Shown here in pieces: positions 63,449 to 64,000 of a stretch of DNA of 64,000 nucleotides. Source of the DNA: an uncultured Fimbriimonadaceae bacterium (GTDB taxonomy: Bacteria > Armatimonadota > Fimbriimonadia > Fimbriimonadales > Fimbriimonadaceae); the NCBI GenBank assembly GCA_964576205.1, contig CAZNUL010000011.1:756-64755 (forward strand), given 5' to 3'. Under the pieces are notes generated by a model that saw only the letters and a list, made by a program, of their open reading frames with translations, was not told where the DNA came from and searched no databases. A program made the position numbers and the translations under genes. Numbering within the stretch: the first letter of the stretch is position 1; each line of letters begins with the position of its first letter.

Positions 63449-64000
63449 TTATTGCTGACCGCGGACCTGATTGTCGAGGTCGACCAGCTTCTTGTGGATC
63501 GGCAGGCTCTCCGGGATCGTACCAATCCCATCGCTTAGGCCCCTGTCCGCATCCGCGAAGTTCCGAGCGTTTGCCAACTCCAGGCCGCGCGAATAAAAGA
63601 CCTCGCCGGCAGCCGTGTAGTACTTGTCCTTATCCTGAGGGCTGGCCGCGTCGATCGCCTTGCCCCACCACTCGATGGATTTGTCATAGGCGCTGACCCG
63701 ATTAGGGCCCTGATCGGCCTGGCCCGACTTCTCGTAAAGCACCGCCAAATCTGACATCAACTTGGCGTTGCTTGGATCGAGGTCGTTGGCCTTCCCCAGG
63801 GCCCCCTCGGCGTCCGTAAGATCGTTCTTGGCCATGTAGTCCAGCCCGACCTGCTCCCACAGGACGGCGAGGTTGCGCTTTTGCTGGGCTTGGTTGTCGG
63901 GGCTCTTGAGCTGTCCGATAAGCGGCTGAATCTTGTCGATCTTGTCCGAAGCCGGGTCCTTACTATTGATCTCGTCCGTGATCTTTTGCACGTTGGTTTG
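63449..64000 (-). CDS. TPR-repeat protein, partial (frame open to the right window edge)
   Basis: TPR-like helical repeats (LAVLYEKSGQADQG, YYTAAGEVFYSRG). There is no stop between the track's GTG start at 63991 and nt 64000. Confidence 0.55.
   Translation of the reverse strand, partial: QTNVQKITDEINSKDPASDKIDKIQPLIGQLKSPDNQAQQKRNLAVLWEQVGLDYMAKNDLTDAEGALGKANDLDPSNAKLMSDLAVLYEKSGQADQGPNRVSAYDKSIEWWGKAIDAASPQDKDKYYTAAGEVFYSRGLELANARNFADADRGLSDGIGTIPESLPIHKKLVDLDNQVRGQQ

Overview
GC-rich bacterial chromosomal segment with about 60 protein genes, two tRNAs, and no rRNA or CRISPR. PEP-CTERM, DUF1559-type prepilin-like and HAF-repeat proteins suggest a Planctomycetota, Verrucomicrobiota or Armatimonadota-like lineage, but this is only a guess. 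Most of the content is housekeeping: rpmG-rpmF, rpsO-pnp, lpxB, a CUT1-type sugar ABC importer, a nearly complete molybdenum-cofactor gene set, acnA, ispE, ppk1-ppx, typA, sod, glpX and motAB. The left 2.4 kb is the end of an integrated element: a Rep_trans-like replication protein plus a large serine recombinase whose stop overlaps the 3' end of tRNA-Pro(CGG). I found no recognisable defence island and no convincing new multi-gene system. The strongest signals not explained by gene annotation are at the DNA level. First, at least 12 short tandem arrays of 7- or 8-nt units are scattered through the window. Several sit directly against start codons, one lies inside the first codons of a permease, one is in frame inside acnA, and two are inverted copies of the same unit bracketing rpmF plus a PEP-CTERM gene. 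Second, a 146-bp MITE-like element with 17-bp terminal inverted repeats and a 7-8 bp flanking direct repeat lies upstream of typA. Protein-level oddities are a MoaE-MoeB-rhodanese triple fusion and an RGG/RD-rich tail on PNPase. Others are an ECF sigma / zinc anti-sigma pair followed by two paralogous secreted proteins, and tandem secreted TRASH-like mini-proteins. All functional calls come from reading motifs in the supplied translations; no database search was run.
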